Below are positions 39,376-51,769 of a DNA stretch of 64,000 bases, piece after piece. Position numbers and translations under genes: made by a program. Under the pieces are notes generated by a model. The model ran no database searches. It was not told where the DNA came from and saw nothing but the letters and a program-made list of their open reading frames with translations. The stretch's first letter is position 1; each line of letters begins with the position of its first letter. The stretch comes from Octopus vulgaris (taxonomy: Eukaryota). The stretch spans positions 21,266,001-21,330,000 of the forward strand of contig OX597837.1 in NCBI GenBank assembly GCA_951406725.2, in the 5' to 3' direction.

Positions 39376-39601
39376 TAATCCTTTAGCATTCAGATTACTC
39401 AGTCAAATGTAATGCTTGTTTATTCACATTACTTTTTGAATTAATCATGTATAGCTTCGAGATTTCAATGATGTGAGCTTTTATTTTTTAGAATGACATT
39501 TGTAGAGTAGGTGTGAGAGGCCAGATCTGGTCAGTTTGAACATAAAATAGGCAAAATATTTGTGCCAGATGTGGTCAGTTTAAATGCTTAAAGGGTTTAA
39601 C
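39376..39601. mobile_element. TTAA/piggyBac-type MITE P1 (~225 bp)
   Basis: TTAA-TCCTTTAGCATT ... AATGCTTAAAGGG-TTTAA; many homologues in window. Confidence 0.8.
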
Positions 39602-39759
39602 AACTAAATATGTACACCCCTTACGAATATCTGGCTTTGTGTGAATGGAAAACATTAGTTATTGGTGTTAGCGCAGACACTATATACCCAGTTAAAATGT
39701 TGCTTTGAAACAAAATGAGTCCATTGTAGGTTTTGTTTTCATGTGGTTGGTATATCTAG

Positions 39760-40202
39760 CCCTTTAGCATTCAGATTATTCTGTCAAATGTAAAGCTTAT
39801 GTATTCACACCATGTAAAATTAATCCTGCATCATTTCATGGCTTTGAGATTTCAGTGATGTGATTGTTTATTTTTAAAACGACACAATAAGGTAGCTATG
39901 AATGACCATATCTGACTAGTCTGAACATAAAACAGGTACAATATTTTGGCCAGATATGGCCAGTTTAACCCTTTAGTATTTAAACCGGCCATATCCGGCC
40001 AAAATATTTAATCAGTTTTATGTTCAAACTGACCAGATCCAGGCTCTCACACCTACCCTACAATGCTATTATACATTAAGTAATTACACCATCAAGATCT
40101 TGAAGATATGAGATAATGCATGATTAATTCAAATCAATGTGAATCAATAAGCATTACGTCTGATAGAATAATCTGAACACTAAAGGGTTAAACACTAAAG
40201 AG
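39760..40202. mobile_element. P1 MITE with an inverted P1 copy (39969-40187) nested at a subterminal TTAA
   Basis: Inner copy flanked by TTAA at 39965-39968 and 40188-40191; outer end ACACTAAAGAG resumes after it. Confidence 0.85.
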
Positions 40203-42045
40203 CTAGGGAAATTCAGCAAGCTCAAACCTTTTCATTGCCAAGCTTTACCTGTGGAAGGGCTTACACTCGGATTTGAAAACTAAGTCACGCAACTTTGTCA
40301 TTAGTAAACACAGTAGAACACACAAAATAAATCTGATACTGTTTGATATAAGTAGTGTCATTGATAAAGTATTGATAAGTACATGTTGTTGCTACAGTGG
40401 TGGTAGTGGTGGCTGTAGTAACTCCTGGTGATCTGAGTCTGTAACCTGATTTCAGTTTCCAAGTCGAATTGCTTTAAATGTATTACTAACAGCCTTGAAC
40501 AATACCACAAGGTATTTTTCTTAGATTGCACTTGTTTATCAGTGTTCTTGCCAATGTGTGTGTGTGTGTTGACCACATATACTCAATGTATGTACTTTGC
40601 TTGTTCACCAGTAGGCTGCAGTTTTGCACAGTGGAGATGCCTCCTTCAAAGCACAGGATGTCAAAACCCCTGAAAGTCATAGATTGGTGCAGACATGGTT
40701 GTGTGGTTAAGAAGTTTGCATCTCAACCACATGGTTTTGGGGTTCGGTGTCACTGTGTGGTGTCTTATAGCCCCGGACTAACCAAAGCCTTGTGAATGAA
40801 TATGGTAGATGGAAACTGAAAGAAGTACATCACACACACACACACACATACACATATACCAATATGTGTGTGTGTGTGTGTGCGTATCTGTGCTTATTTG
40901 CATTTGTGTTCTAACTTTTCTGGGGCACAAATGTTATGCCTAGTGGTATTGTTCGTTCTGTCAACAAATTGAGAACTTGCTTTGTGTCTTTGAAGATGTG
41001 TGAAATAAGAGACCCCTTACTTGCAAAATGGGGACGTGTTACCAAGTGGAACAGTATCTGAATGTAAAATAATGCCTTGATAATAAGTTTTCTAACCTAT
41101 GTGCACATGAAAAAATTGACACAAAATGAATTTGTGTGTGTGTGTGTGCCTGTGTTTATCTGTGTTTGTCCACCATCACTTGACAACCAGTATTGGTGTA
41201 TTTATGTGCCTGTAAATTAGCATTTCAGCAAAATCGATTGATTGAATAAAATAAGTACTAGGATCGATTCATTCCACTAAAAATTCACTAAGGTGGTGCC
41301 CCAGTATGGCCACAGTCTAATGAATGTCATAAGCAAAAGATGAAAGATACACACACACTGACTTTTATTCTAAATTCTGTCTCACAAATTTCATTGATAG
41401 AACCTTGGCCCATCCTGTGCTGTATAAGTATTGAACCCAGGATCATGTAATTACTAGTCATATGACCATGATTTTTTTCATTTTTTTTTTTGTGTGTGTG
41501 TGTTAGTTGAAGGGTTAAGAGTGTTTCTGCTCTTGAGTGATGGTTGTAAAAGTAAGGACATGAATCCAACTTGTTGGAGACAGGTGTTTTATGTTTGAAT
41601 GCTTTTCCTAATACAGTTCATTGAACTGTGAAATGATGAATAGTACTTGTTTAGGTTGACTGAGTAGGGTAGTATAACTTCCCCAGAGGCAAAAACACAG
41701 TATACTATGTCAAGATTTAAACCAGATGACCTTTAAGGAGTCTCCATTAATCTTAAGTCTGTCAGTTCTGCCATCCCTAGTTAATCTATTATTTGTTATA
41801 TAACAGTTGAATGTAGGCCTCTATTGTGATTTGAAATTTTATTCATGACAGAATTTTATTTCTGGACTTGGTAGGAAATTAGAAGATTTATTGCTTCCCA
41901 ACCACATGGTCTTGAGTTCGGTTCCACTGCGTGACACCTTGGGCAAGTGTCTTCTATTTTAGCTCCAGATCAACCAAAGCCTTGTGAGTGGATTTGGTAA
42001 ACTGAAACTGAAAGAAGCCTGTTGTATATGTGTCTGTGTGTGTAT

Positions 42046-42792
42046 TCTTTTATTCTTTTACCTGTTTCAGTCATTTGACTGCAGCCGTGCTGGTGCACTG
42101 CCTTGAAAGGTTTTTTTAGTCGAACAAATCAGCCCCAGGATTTATTTCTGAAGTCTAATACTTATTCTATCATACCCTTTTGACGAATCACTAAGTTATG
42201 GGAACCTAACTACACCAACACTGGTTGTCAAGTGGTGATGGGGAGATAAACACAGGCACAAAGACAAACACATAAATATATACACAAATACATATATATA
42301 TAAGGTAGAAGCTAATTGCCAACTTAATATGGTTGTCCTGGAACGGACATTGTTACTGTTCATTAGCCCCAAGAAACATCATTTCTAGCTGGTTATATAC
42401 AACACAGTGTCCTTATATTTTCAAACAAGGAATTCAGCATCCCCATGCTAGGTGGAAATGCTGAATTCCCTGTTCGAAAATATAAGGATACAGATAGTGT
42501 GTTGTATAGCCAGCTAGAAACAATGTTTCTTGAGGCTGTTGAACAGTAACAAATGTCTGTTCCAGGACAGCCATATTATGTTGGCAGTCAGCTTTTACTT
42601 TAAAGAATTGTTACTGAATGTCGCTCTTTGAGATATATATGTGGGGCTTCTTTCAGTTTCCGTCTACCAAATCCACTTGGTCAGCCTGAGTCTATAATAG
42701 AAGACACTTGCCCAAGGTGACATGCAGTGGGACTGAACCTGGAATTATATGGTTGGGAAGCAAGCTTCCTTCCACATGGCCACACCTGTGCC
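42046..42792 (-). mobile_element. Family A SINE split by a palindromic insert
   Basis: Tail 42046-42300, head ~42640-42792; a plus-strand head half is adjacent at ~41870-42045. Confidence 0.8.
42301..42602. mobile_element. ~300-bp near-palindromic foldback MITE
   Basis: 42301-42440 pairs with 42458-42602 around a ~17-nt loop (GGAATTCAGCAT...ATGCTGAATTCC); TA at both ends. Confidence 0.85.
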
Positions 42793-43029
42793 TATATATA
42801 TATATATATAGAGAGAGAGCGAAAAATTGCACCACTCATTTTATATTGAGTGAGTAGGCTCTTGTTTTGCCAATCACTTTTGGGAACAGGTTTGAAGTGT
42901 ACTATTATGTATGCAAGGCTAACCTGTTGCCTCCACTTCAATATATAATGCACTATTCTGTTATGTATATATATATATATATGTGTGTGCGTGTGCACAT
43001 ACACACACACACATTCCTTCATTCATTCA

Positions 43030-43720
43030 TTCATTGTTCAGGGAAAATTGACAGTTTGCATAAAAGGAAATGAAAACACAAAAAATATCTGCTAGATTGT
43101 ATCTGGGAGATAACAGTTTACTCAAAGTAGCTGCCCTTAGCTTCCACCATGTCATCAAGACAGCTCTGGAACGTGTGCATATGTTCCTTACTGTGTCTCT
43201 GGGAAAATTTTCTTGCACCTCCTTAATCTGGACTACCGGCTCAGCTTTGGTGTTGCAGGCAGAGCGATTGGGGTCTTTCTCAGCCACACCCCACACATAG
43301 TAGTCTGTGGGATTGCAATCGGGAGAATTAGGAGGCCAGAAATTCTCCGACAGCAACTTCAGAAAGAGTCAGAAGTTGTTGTCGGAGAATTTCTGTAATT
43401 TCCCCAGCCCCAATTTCTGGCCTCCTAATTCTCCTGATTGCAATCCCACGGACTACTGTGTGTGGGGTGTGATATAGCAAGGAGCCAAATCCTGTTGCCA
43501 CATATGTGGCCTTCCTGCAGCAATCCTCTCCAGCCAGGGTTTGATCATAACCTCCAGCAGCTTCACATAGGCATCAGAATTGAGCCTAAGGCCTTGTTGG
43601 AGAAATGCTGGTATATGGACAGAGTCAGAGCTCCTGCCGTGCCCCTTTCTTCTGGCCCCAGCTTCATAGTCTTCATTGCAGCTGTCCATGTCATGTCTTA
43701 CAACATTTTCAGAGTTCACA
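43030..43720 (-). pseudogene. Decayed Tc1/mariner transposase C-terminal DDD domain (maT/DD37D-like)
   Basis: Translations GLRLNSDAYVKLLEVMIKPWLERIAAGRPHMWQQDLAPCY and FWPPNSPDCNPTDYYVWG match the QQDxAPxH and WPxxSPDLNPxD motifs; interrupted by an inverted duplication. Confidence 0.9.
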
Positions 43721-44067
43721 GAACATTGAGTTAACAGTTGTTATGTTGGCATTTTGATACCTGGTGCAAAATCATCATGATACAGGTAACTCTTCCAGTA
43801 TTCAGATGGCTTCCAGTTTTTCCATGTCAGCTAATTTATTCTTGAATACTGCTTTAATCTTTATGCTCTCCCATACTGTTAACTGTTCACCAATGCATCA
43901 AGCTGTTCCCGAAAAAAAAGAGACATAAAATATAGTCACATTTAGCCCAAACACTTCCAGTGTAATACTTAAGCATATGTCTCTTGTTTCTTTTTATGAA
44001 TTGTGTTATCTCACTCTCTTCTTTTCTTTTTCTATCTCCTTTTGTCTTTTTCTTTCTTTGTGTGTGT

Positions 44068-44107
<40 letters not shown>

Positions 44108-44109
44108 TT

Positions 44110-44310
44110 TCACCATGATTGATCACTAGCCAGTAAACCTTTTTTTATTTTCTCTCTCTGCTTATTTCTGTGTTCCTTTCTGTTGAAGAGCGTAGGCTCG
44201 AAACATAAAAGGCTTTCTCACTTCCCAAGCATTAAACCAATACATCTGTTTGTTGTTTACACACCCGTCTTCGTCTTTTGTTTGGTTTTTTTTTTTTTTT
44301 TTTGTAAATT
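44110..44310 (+). mobile_element. Penelope-like terminal repeat fragment with degenerate minimal hammerhead motif
   Basis: TTGAAGAGCGTAGGCTCGAAACATA at ~44183-44207 resembles CUGANGA-helixII-GAAAC-GUH. Confidence 0.4.
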
Positions 44311-44974
44311 CCAAATATATATATATATATATATATACACACAAACACAGTTTTTATGTATTTAATTTTCACTGTTGTCAAATTATTGTAATGAATACTT
44401 TTCTTTGCTACCAACAAATGTTATACTTGCTTGCTGATCCTTCGATCTATGTTGATCTAGTTATTATGTGGAAACTCACCAATGCAACCTGGTGATTTTT
44501 CTTCTAGTGTGTGTACACACACACACACTCTACTTACCCATATTGGTGAATAGATTTCTCTTGCAAACAAACATTGGTCAAGATTTTTGTTGCCCAGTTA
44601 CAATGTCATCCCACTTACACATATCTATATTGTAAATTAAACTACTGAACAAAGCTCAGTTCACAAATCTTTGCTGCTTGTATTTCCCTGTCCCTCACTC
44701 ACTGTTTCAGTTATTTTCATGTGCAATACGTTGGGCTACGAAGGTTACAATTGGATATGGAAGGAGACTTTCTTGAACCTAATTAAGAGTGGTCTTGTGT
44801 CATTCCTTTACCACAAATAGCTCTTTTGTATAGTAGGCAATGTAGTTTCTCTTTATCCAGATTTTTGTATTTTCTAATAGAAAGGACAGTCATAACCACA
44901 GGTTTTGCTTATGACAAAATTTGATTATTTCCCATACTTCCAATTAGTCAAGACGTTGAGCATGTGAACCTAAT

Positions 44975-45180
44975 CCAAGTGCATTTTTCTACCTGGCTCT
45001 CTTCCTTTTTATCTCCTTTCCTTCTTTTCCAAATCTCTCTTGGACTTTCCTCTCATATTGTATGAAGGCCGATGAAGGACCTGTCTGAAATGTTAAATTT
45101 TTACTCTATAACCCTATTTTCCTTTGAGCGTTGACCCAATGGTATTAACTGTAAATATCTCTTGGACTTCTGTTATTTTT
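44975..45180 (+). mobile_element. Second Penelope-like fragment with degenerate hammerhead motif
   Basis: CCGATGAAGGACCTGTCTGAAATGTTA at 45069-45095. Confidence 0.35.
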
Positions 45181-45303
45181 TTGTTATTTGTATTTGCTCT
45201 ACTTAATAGAATGCTTGTCAGTTAAGATATACCATAGCTGTTTATAGCCTCTGGTGGTGAACACAACCTCCTCACTGTGATAGAACTGGCCATTGAGACT
45301 TAA

Positions 45304-45524
45304 CCCTTTCGTTACTAACCCGGCTGAAACCGGCTCTGGTTCTGTAGTACAAATGCCTTGTTTTCATAAGTTTTGAATTAAAATCTTCCACCAAACCTTA
45401 GTCACAATTTATGTTCCTAACACTAGCTGAATGATAACTAAGTTATTTTACTAAATTCTTTGTTATGTTTAAAGTAATTGAAAGAAACACAGAACATCTC
45501 AAAATAAATACAGTAACGAAAGGG
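45304..45524. mobile_element. TTAA/piggyBac-type MITE P2 with perfect 13-bp TIRs
   Basis: TTAA|CCCTTTCGTTACT ... AGTAACGAAAGGG|TTAA; flanked by a 99-bp direct duplication. Confidence 0.92.
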
Positions 45525-46014
45525 TTAATAGAATGCTTGTCAGTTAAGATATACCATAGCTGTTTATAGCCTCTGGTGGTGAACATAACCTCCTCACTGT
45601 GATAGAACTGGCCATTGAGACTTCAGTATTTTTACAAGAAACACACAGTGGTTTACAGAGCACATAGTGTGGACTGATCCTGGGAGTGGCTTGTCTACAG
45701 GGTAAAAAGCCAGGTACATGGCAACTGTCATAATACTAACTCATATTTGAAGTATCAGCAAACATCATTATTGTCCCTGTCCACATCCCATTGCTAGTCT
45801 TAATTTGGACAAACTGGTTCATACAACTGTCATTCCATTTTATTTACTGGTTGTCTCTTCATTCAAGACATCCAAGTTTACGCGAGTCCAGTAAAAATGC
45901 ACCTGAGATACATTAAACAAAAGAAAAAAAATACATTGTCAAAGTTAGTTTTTGTTTAGTTATTCTGTATTTTTATGTAAGATTTCAGCTTTGATTCTGT
46001 GTTTTTCTCCATTT

Positions 46015-46230
46015 ATTCCTTTAGCATTTAAACCAGCCATATATATGACTCTATCTGTTTTATGTTCAAACTGACCTGATCCAGCCTCTCACACCAACCC
46101 TACAATGTCATTCTAAAAATATACAAACATGTCATCAAAACCTTGAAGCTGCAAGGCAGTGCATGGTTAATTCAAAACGGAATGAATAATCCCTACATTT
46201 TACTGAGTTATTTGAATACTAAAGGGTTAA
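46015..46230. mobile_element. P1 MITE
   Basis: CCTTTAGCATTTAAACC ... AATACTAAAGGGTTAA. Confidence 0.8.
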
Positions 46231-46461
46231 AATAAGTTTATGGGAATCTTATCTTTTATCTTGTTTCATTCATTAGATTGTGGCCATGCTTGGGCACCAC
46301 CTTGTGGAATTTTAGTTGAACTAATCGACCCCAGTACTTATTTTCTTTTTAAGCCTGGTACTTATTCTATTCATCTCTTTTGCCGAACTGCTAAGTTATG
46401 GGGATGTAAATACCAACACCAGTTGTCAGGCAGTGGTTGAGTGCAAAATCATTAACTACAT

Positions 46462-47186
46462 CACTGGTACTCAACCAGGGTCCATATGATCTCTGGGGAT
46501 CCACATAGCATTATGGGGGACCCATGCAAACACAGTAGTAAATTTGGGATCCGCAGTAGTATTTAACCCTTTAATATTCAGATTATTCTTTCTGTCAAAT
46601 GTAATACTTATCAATTCATATTGAATTAATCAAGCATTATCTTGTAGCTTTGAGATTTTAATGTGACTATTTTTAGAATGACATTATAGGGTAGACAGGA
46701 GAGATCAGATCTGGCCAGTTGAGCGTAAAACATGAGTAATTTGGCTGGATATGACCTGCTTAAATGCTAATGGGTTAATGGGTACATGAAAAATTTTTTT
46801 CTTTAGTTATATTTATTGCAAGAGACAGCTATTTCTTTCTCTAATGCTTTACATAGTTTAATGCGTTTCTGACCACTGAAACATGTTCTCTCAGAGAGCT
46901 CTGGCCATATCCAGCCAAAACATTCTATGTTTTTTATGTTCAAACTGGCCAAATCCAGCCTCTCTCGCCTTCCCTACAATGTCTTTGTAAAATCAAGCAA
47001 TCATATCAAAATCTCCAAACTATGAGATAATGCATGATTAGTTCAAAACAATGTGAATAAAGAAGTATTACATTCGTTAGAGTAATATGAAAGCTAGAGT
47101 GTTAAACATTGAATGAATATGGAGGTCCACCAGAATAAAATTATAATCAAAGGAGTCCATAGGTGAAAAATGGATGAGAACCATTG
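46462..47186. mobile_element. hAT-type MITE containing two nested P1 MITEs (~46563-46778, ~46895-47105)
   Basis: TIRs CACTGGTACTCAACC / GGATGAGAACCATTG; 8-bp TSD AACTACAT (46454-46461) / AACTCCAT (47187-47194). Confidence 0.8.
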
Positions 47187-47499
47187 AACTCCATGAAATA
47201 AATCTAAAAGTTCTCCATGAAACAAAAAAAACCCCAAAAAACAACACAAAATACTTCTGCATTTAACCTGTTGTCATCCACCAAAAGAGTTTCTGTGGTC
47301 AATTAATATTCTAAAAATAGATACCAAAATTTCCTTAAATCATTACTCTACAATCTTGAAAACAGAAAGTCATTCTGGACAATGTAATACTATCTATACA
47401 AGATGGCCATTGCTGGAATGTCTTTGATCAGGGCTGATTTGGTGTTAAACAACACTGCCTTGTTGTCCATTGAGAGAATCTATGTAGACCAGGCATCTT

Positions 47500-47800
47500 C
47501 TTTCTTTTATCTTTTACTTGTTTCAGTCATTAAACTGTGTGGCCATGCTGGGGCACTACTACCTTGAAGAATTTTAGTTGAATGAGTTGACCTCAGTGCT
47601 TATTTTTTTGAAAACCCTTGTACTTATTTTATCAGTCTCTGCCAAACTGCTAAGTTACGGGGACATAAACACACCAACGCCAGTTGTTGAGTAGTAGGAG
47701 AGGACAAGCACATACACAAAGACACACACGTATACGACAGGCTTCTTTCAGTTTCCATGTACCAAATCCACTCACAAAGCTTTGGTTGCATTTAGGGCCA
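47500..47800 (-). mobile_element. Family A SINE, 5'-truncated
   Basis: Homology to family A. Confidence 0.8.
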
Positions 47801-48329
47801 TTTGTAGCAGCCATCTAGCCTGTTTGACAATTCTTTGTTTCACTGCTATTCGAGGCAATGATGTTGGACGGAGAAGTGTGGTAGGTGGACTTTGTTCCTG
47901 CAGCCCAAGTTGGAACCCAGCCATTAAAAAAATTTTTTTTTTTTTTAAAAGCTGTGATATATCTAGCCTTTGTTCATAGGTTTTTTGATCAGGTTGTGTC
48001 TGACTTTGAGCAAAACAACAACAACAACGAAACCTGTTGCCCTAAATGTCATATGTAGAACAAGCACCTTCAAGTATTGTCATATACATACATCTTGCAA
48101 AATGATTTCCTAGGAGTGTGTCGTGTGTTTGATTAGTATTTTCAGGTGTTCTAAAAACCATAAAGATGCTTTCTTGCTGGGGAATTTTTATTGTACAAGA
48201 CCCAACCTTAGTTTTATTCATTTGTTGAAACTATTAGGTGAATGTCATAACACTAGTGCTGATAAATACTAGAGAAATAAGGTTAGGTTTTTTTTTTATT
48301 TATTCTTTTCTATTTTTGTCAGCGAATGA

Positions 48330-48395
<66 letters not shown>

Positions 48396-48889
48396 GCACA
48401 CACATATATACATACGTTTTTATATATATATATAAACACACGCACATAGATACTTATACACACACGCATATATATATATATGCATAGATACTTACATATG
48501 TTTTATGTATTTTGTCAAGCAGAAGACATGGCTACACAGTGTGTCCTATTCATTATGAGACAAAGATACAAAATACCTGGTTAAATGCAACTTATATTGC
48601 ACACATTTACCATCCTTCCCCTTGCTAGGTTATTTAAAAAAAACATTTTTTTCCCCCTTCTTTCCTAATCTTCCAACCAGCAAGTGAACTTCCAAACAAT
48701 AAACTAACTGTACTAGCACACGTTCATGGCTGTTCAAAATAAGATTCAGGCATTTTGTGTTTATTTTGAAGCAAGTTCTTTTCTTCTTCTGTCTCTTTAG
48801 TTCTTCTTGTGAGCAAATCAAGAATTATTTGTATATATTCAGTTATGTTTCAAATGTTTTCTTTATGTGTATATTTCTTCCTTTTTCAG

Positions 48890-48907
48890 GAAATAGATAT
48901 GTAACTA
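48890..48907 (+). CDS. Candidate 18-nt microexon, phase 1-1, (G)NRYVT(x)
   Basis: Strong acceptor TTTCTTCCTTTTTCAG|, donor CTA|GTAAGC, frame-preserving, phase-compatible with 30730-30783. Confidence 0.35.
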
Positions 48908-49649
48908 GTAAGCAAGCCAGTAGATGTAAAAACACAAAAGCATTGTACACATGCGTGCACACACACACACACACACACATTTCCATGACTAAAAAATTGT
49001 ATAGACTATTGCTACACTGATGATGATTTTGATGATGATGACAACTATTATTATTATTATTGTTATTATTATTTAGCAGTCATCTTCCAAGTTAGCATAG
49101 ACTGGGTGGTTTAGTAGGATCTGACTAGTCAGAAGACTGAGTTATACTCCAATATCTATTTATGTATGGTTTCTATGGTTTAATACCCTTCCTAATGCCA
49201 ATCACTTTATAGAGTGTACAGGGTGCTTTTTTTTAGGATATATGTAAAAAAAAAAAAAAAATTTTTTTTATGTCCATTTTTCTATGTTGTGGGTTAGATG
49301 AACGTATTTTATTGTAGCAATGTTTTACAGCCATATGCTCTTCTTGTCACTAACTCTATCTGTTCTGAAAGTAAAGGGAATCTTATTCCATGTCTTTGAA
49401 GGCACAAAATCAGATGTTCCTAATGACAGCCTGTAGCTGAGTGATTTTTCAGAGAAACACAAAGTAAACACACATGCACACACGATGAACTTCTCTCAGT
49501 TTCTGTCTACCAAATCTTTAAGTTATAAGGCTTTGGCAGATGCCACTTGCCCAAGGTGCTACACAGTATGATGAACCCAAAACCATGTGGTTTGGAAGCA
49601 AACTTCTTAACCACATAGCCTTGGCTGCAACTATAACCATCCCTACACC

Positions 49650-49688
<39 letters not shown>

Positions 49689-49689
49689 G

Positions 49690-50007
49690 CAATAAACATT
49701 ACCCTTTTCAAGCCTAGCCAGCCTCATGGGCCTGGTTTCCTGGTTTCCCAGTTTCTGTGGCATATGTGTTCCCTCCAGCTGGATGGGACGCCAGTCCATT
49801 GCAGCGTTACTCAAGAAACAGGAAGAGAGAGTGAGAGAAAGTTGTGGTGAAAGAGTACAACAGGGGTTGCCACCACCCCCTGCTGGAGCCTCATGGAGCT
49901 TTAGGTGTTTTCGCTCAATAAACACACACAACGCCCAGTCTGGGAATCGAAATCGCGATCCTCCGACCGCGAGTCCACTGCCCTAGCCACTGGGCCATTG
50001 CACCTCC
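49690..50007 (-). mobile_element. Family D tRNA-derived SINE with alternative tail
   Basis: Head GGAGGTGCAATGGCCCAGTGGCTAGGGC...GATTTCGATTCCC; tail contains ATGGACTGGCGTCCCATCCAG. Confidence 0.85.
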
Positions 50008-50087
50008 ACACACACACATATATGTATGCATGTATGTATGTAATACTTGAATGTATCTGTGTAACTTGTGTGTGTTTTTTATGTACA

Positions 50088-50300
50088 TCATCATTATCAT
50101 TTAATGTCTGTTTTCCATGCTGGCATGGCTTGCACGGTTTGACTGGAGCTGGTAATGCCGGGGACCTGCACCAGACTGTTGTCTGTTGTGGTATGGTTTC
50201 TATGACTGGATACCCTTTCTGATGCCAACCACTCCACAGAGTGTACTGGGTGCCTTCTATGTGTCACCAGCACCCATGCTTTTAACATCACCAGCACATG
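50088..50300 (-). mobile_element. Family C retroposon, 3' part
   Basis: (CAT)n-TTTAATGTCTGTTTTCCATGCTGGCATGG. Confidence 0.75.
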
Positions 50301-51289
50301 TGTGCATGTGAATATATATATATATATATATATGTATATAACAAACACACATACACACTGCAGTCAACAGTGATAAGAAATACTTCATTACCATTTAATC
50401 CACTAGGCTACACTTGCACTTCCCTATCACTTCAGTGTATGGCAACACTGTTTCCCCGAGTTTATTGACTGAATTCATCATTTAAACCTTGTTCAATGCA
50501 TTTGCTTCTCTCCTTGTCCCTTTCCAAAATCATTCTTGCCCTGGACTTGTATGCTTTTGATCTATCCAATTCTGTTTCCTCTTTGGTTGTGTTATCTGCT
50601 ACAGTTGTTAGAGTTGAATATCAACCACTTAACAGGATAACATAATAATTTCAATGGAGATCAGAACCTGCAGATACATAGAAGGGAGAAACAGAGGGAA
50701 CTGTCATATTCTTACTGCTTCTCTTTGTCCATTTTGCTTTAACAGTGTCAGCTGTTATCATAGGGAATGACAGCATTGTTGAGTAAGAATGTTATCATTG
50801 CCTGTACCGACTTTACAATAAAATTTATTTACTCCTGTAGTTGTATTCAAAGGATTTCTGGATACATTCTGTATGTGTGTGCAGTCAGAGATAAAGTCTA
50901 TTGCTTAGAAACAGATGAGGGTTCGCAACAGGGAAGGTATTCAGTCGTGGAAAATCTGCCTCAAAAAACTTTGTTTGACCCAAGCAAGCTTGCAATGGAC
51001 ATTAGAAATAATAAAGATGATGATGTTTATTGTTTATCGATGTCTGTGCAATGTTTATATGTGTGTATGTATGAGGTGGACTTATATCCATATAGAGTTA
51101 TGAGTTGTATATCTCGCATACTTAGCAGCAGTACTATCATCCATGTGCAAGTGTTCAACCTCAGTCTGAAGTGGTGGAGCTATAATCAAGAAGACCTTTC
51201 CAGAAGGTCATAACAGCTGTGCTAAAGCTTTGTTACTGTCTTGAGAGTAAGTGTAGTCTGATGGTTATTCCAGATTCTATGTTACGCTT

Positions 51290-51632
51290 GTGCCATGCAA
51301 AAAGCAGTCAGTCCACTCTGCTGGGTGGTTAGTGTTAGGAAGGACATCTAGCCATAAAACTCTGCAGAATGGTTGGTGTTAGGATGGACATCCAGCTGTA
51401 GAAACCAAGCCAAAAACAGACTGGAGCCTGGTGCAGCTCTCTGGCCTACCAGCCCCAGTCAAACTGCCTTACTCAATGCTAGCATGGAAAATGGACACTA
51501 AATAATGATGGTGATGATGTTCCATGCTGGCATGTGTTGGATGGTTTGATAGGATCTGATAGGTTCAAGGATTGCATTGTGCTCCAGTTTCTACTTTGGC
51601 ATGCCATCTACAGCTGGATGCCTTTTCTAACC
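51290..51632. mobile_element. Two family C copies tail-to-tail
   Basis: Plus copy ends GCATGGAAAATGGACACTAAATAATGATG; minus copy begins TTCCATGCTGG at ~51520. Confidence 0.7.
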
Positions 51633-51769
51633 AGCAGAGTTGGTAAAAGTGACTGACTCTAATTTCCGCCTAAATATAAATTGTATTATAATGCATTGAA
51701 ATTTCCAATTTTACAGATACTAGTTTGTTTTCTGCGCTGAAAACAATGAAATCTCCGTTAGGGTTTTGA

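Noticed and set aside
50767-51213. 148-aa plus ORF
   Set aside because: Partly a decayed family C-like tail and simple repeats; no recognisable domain
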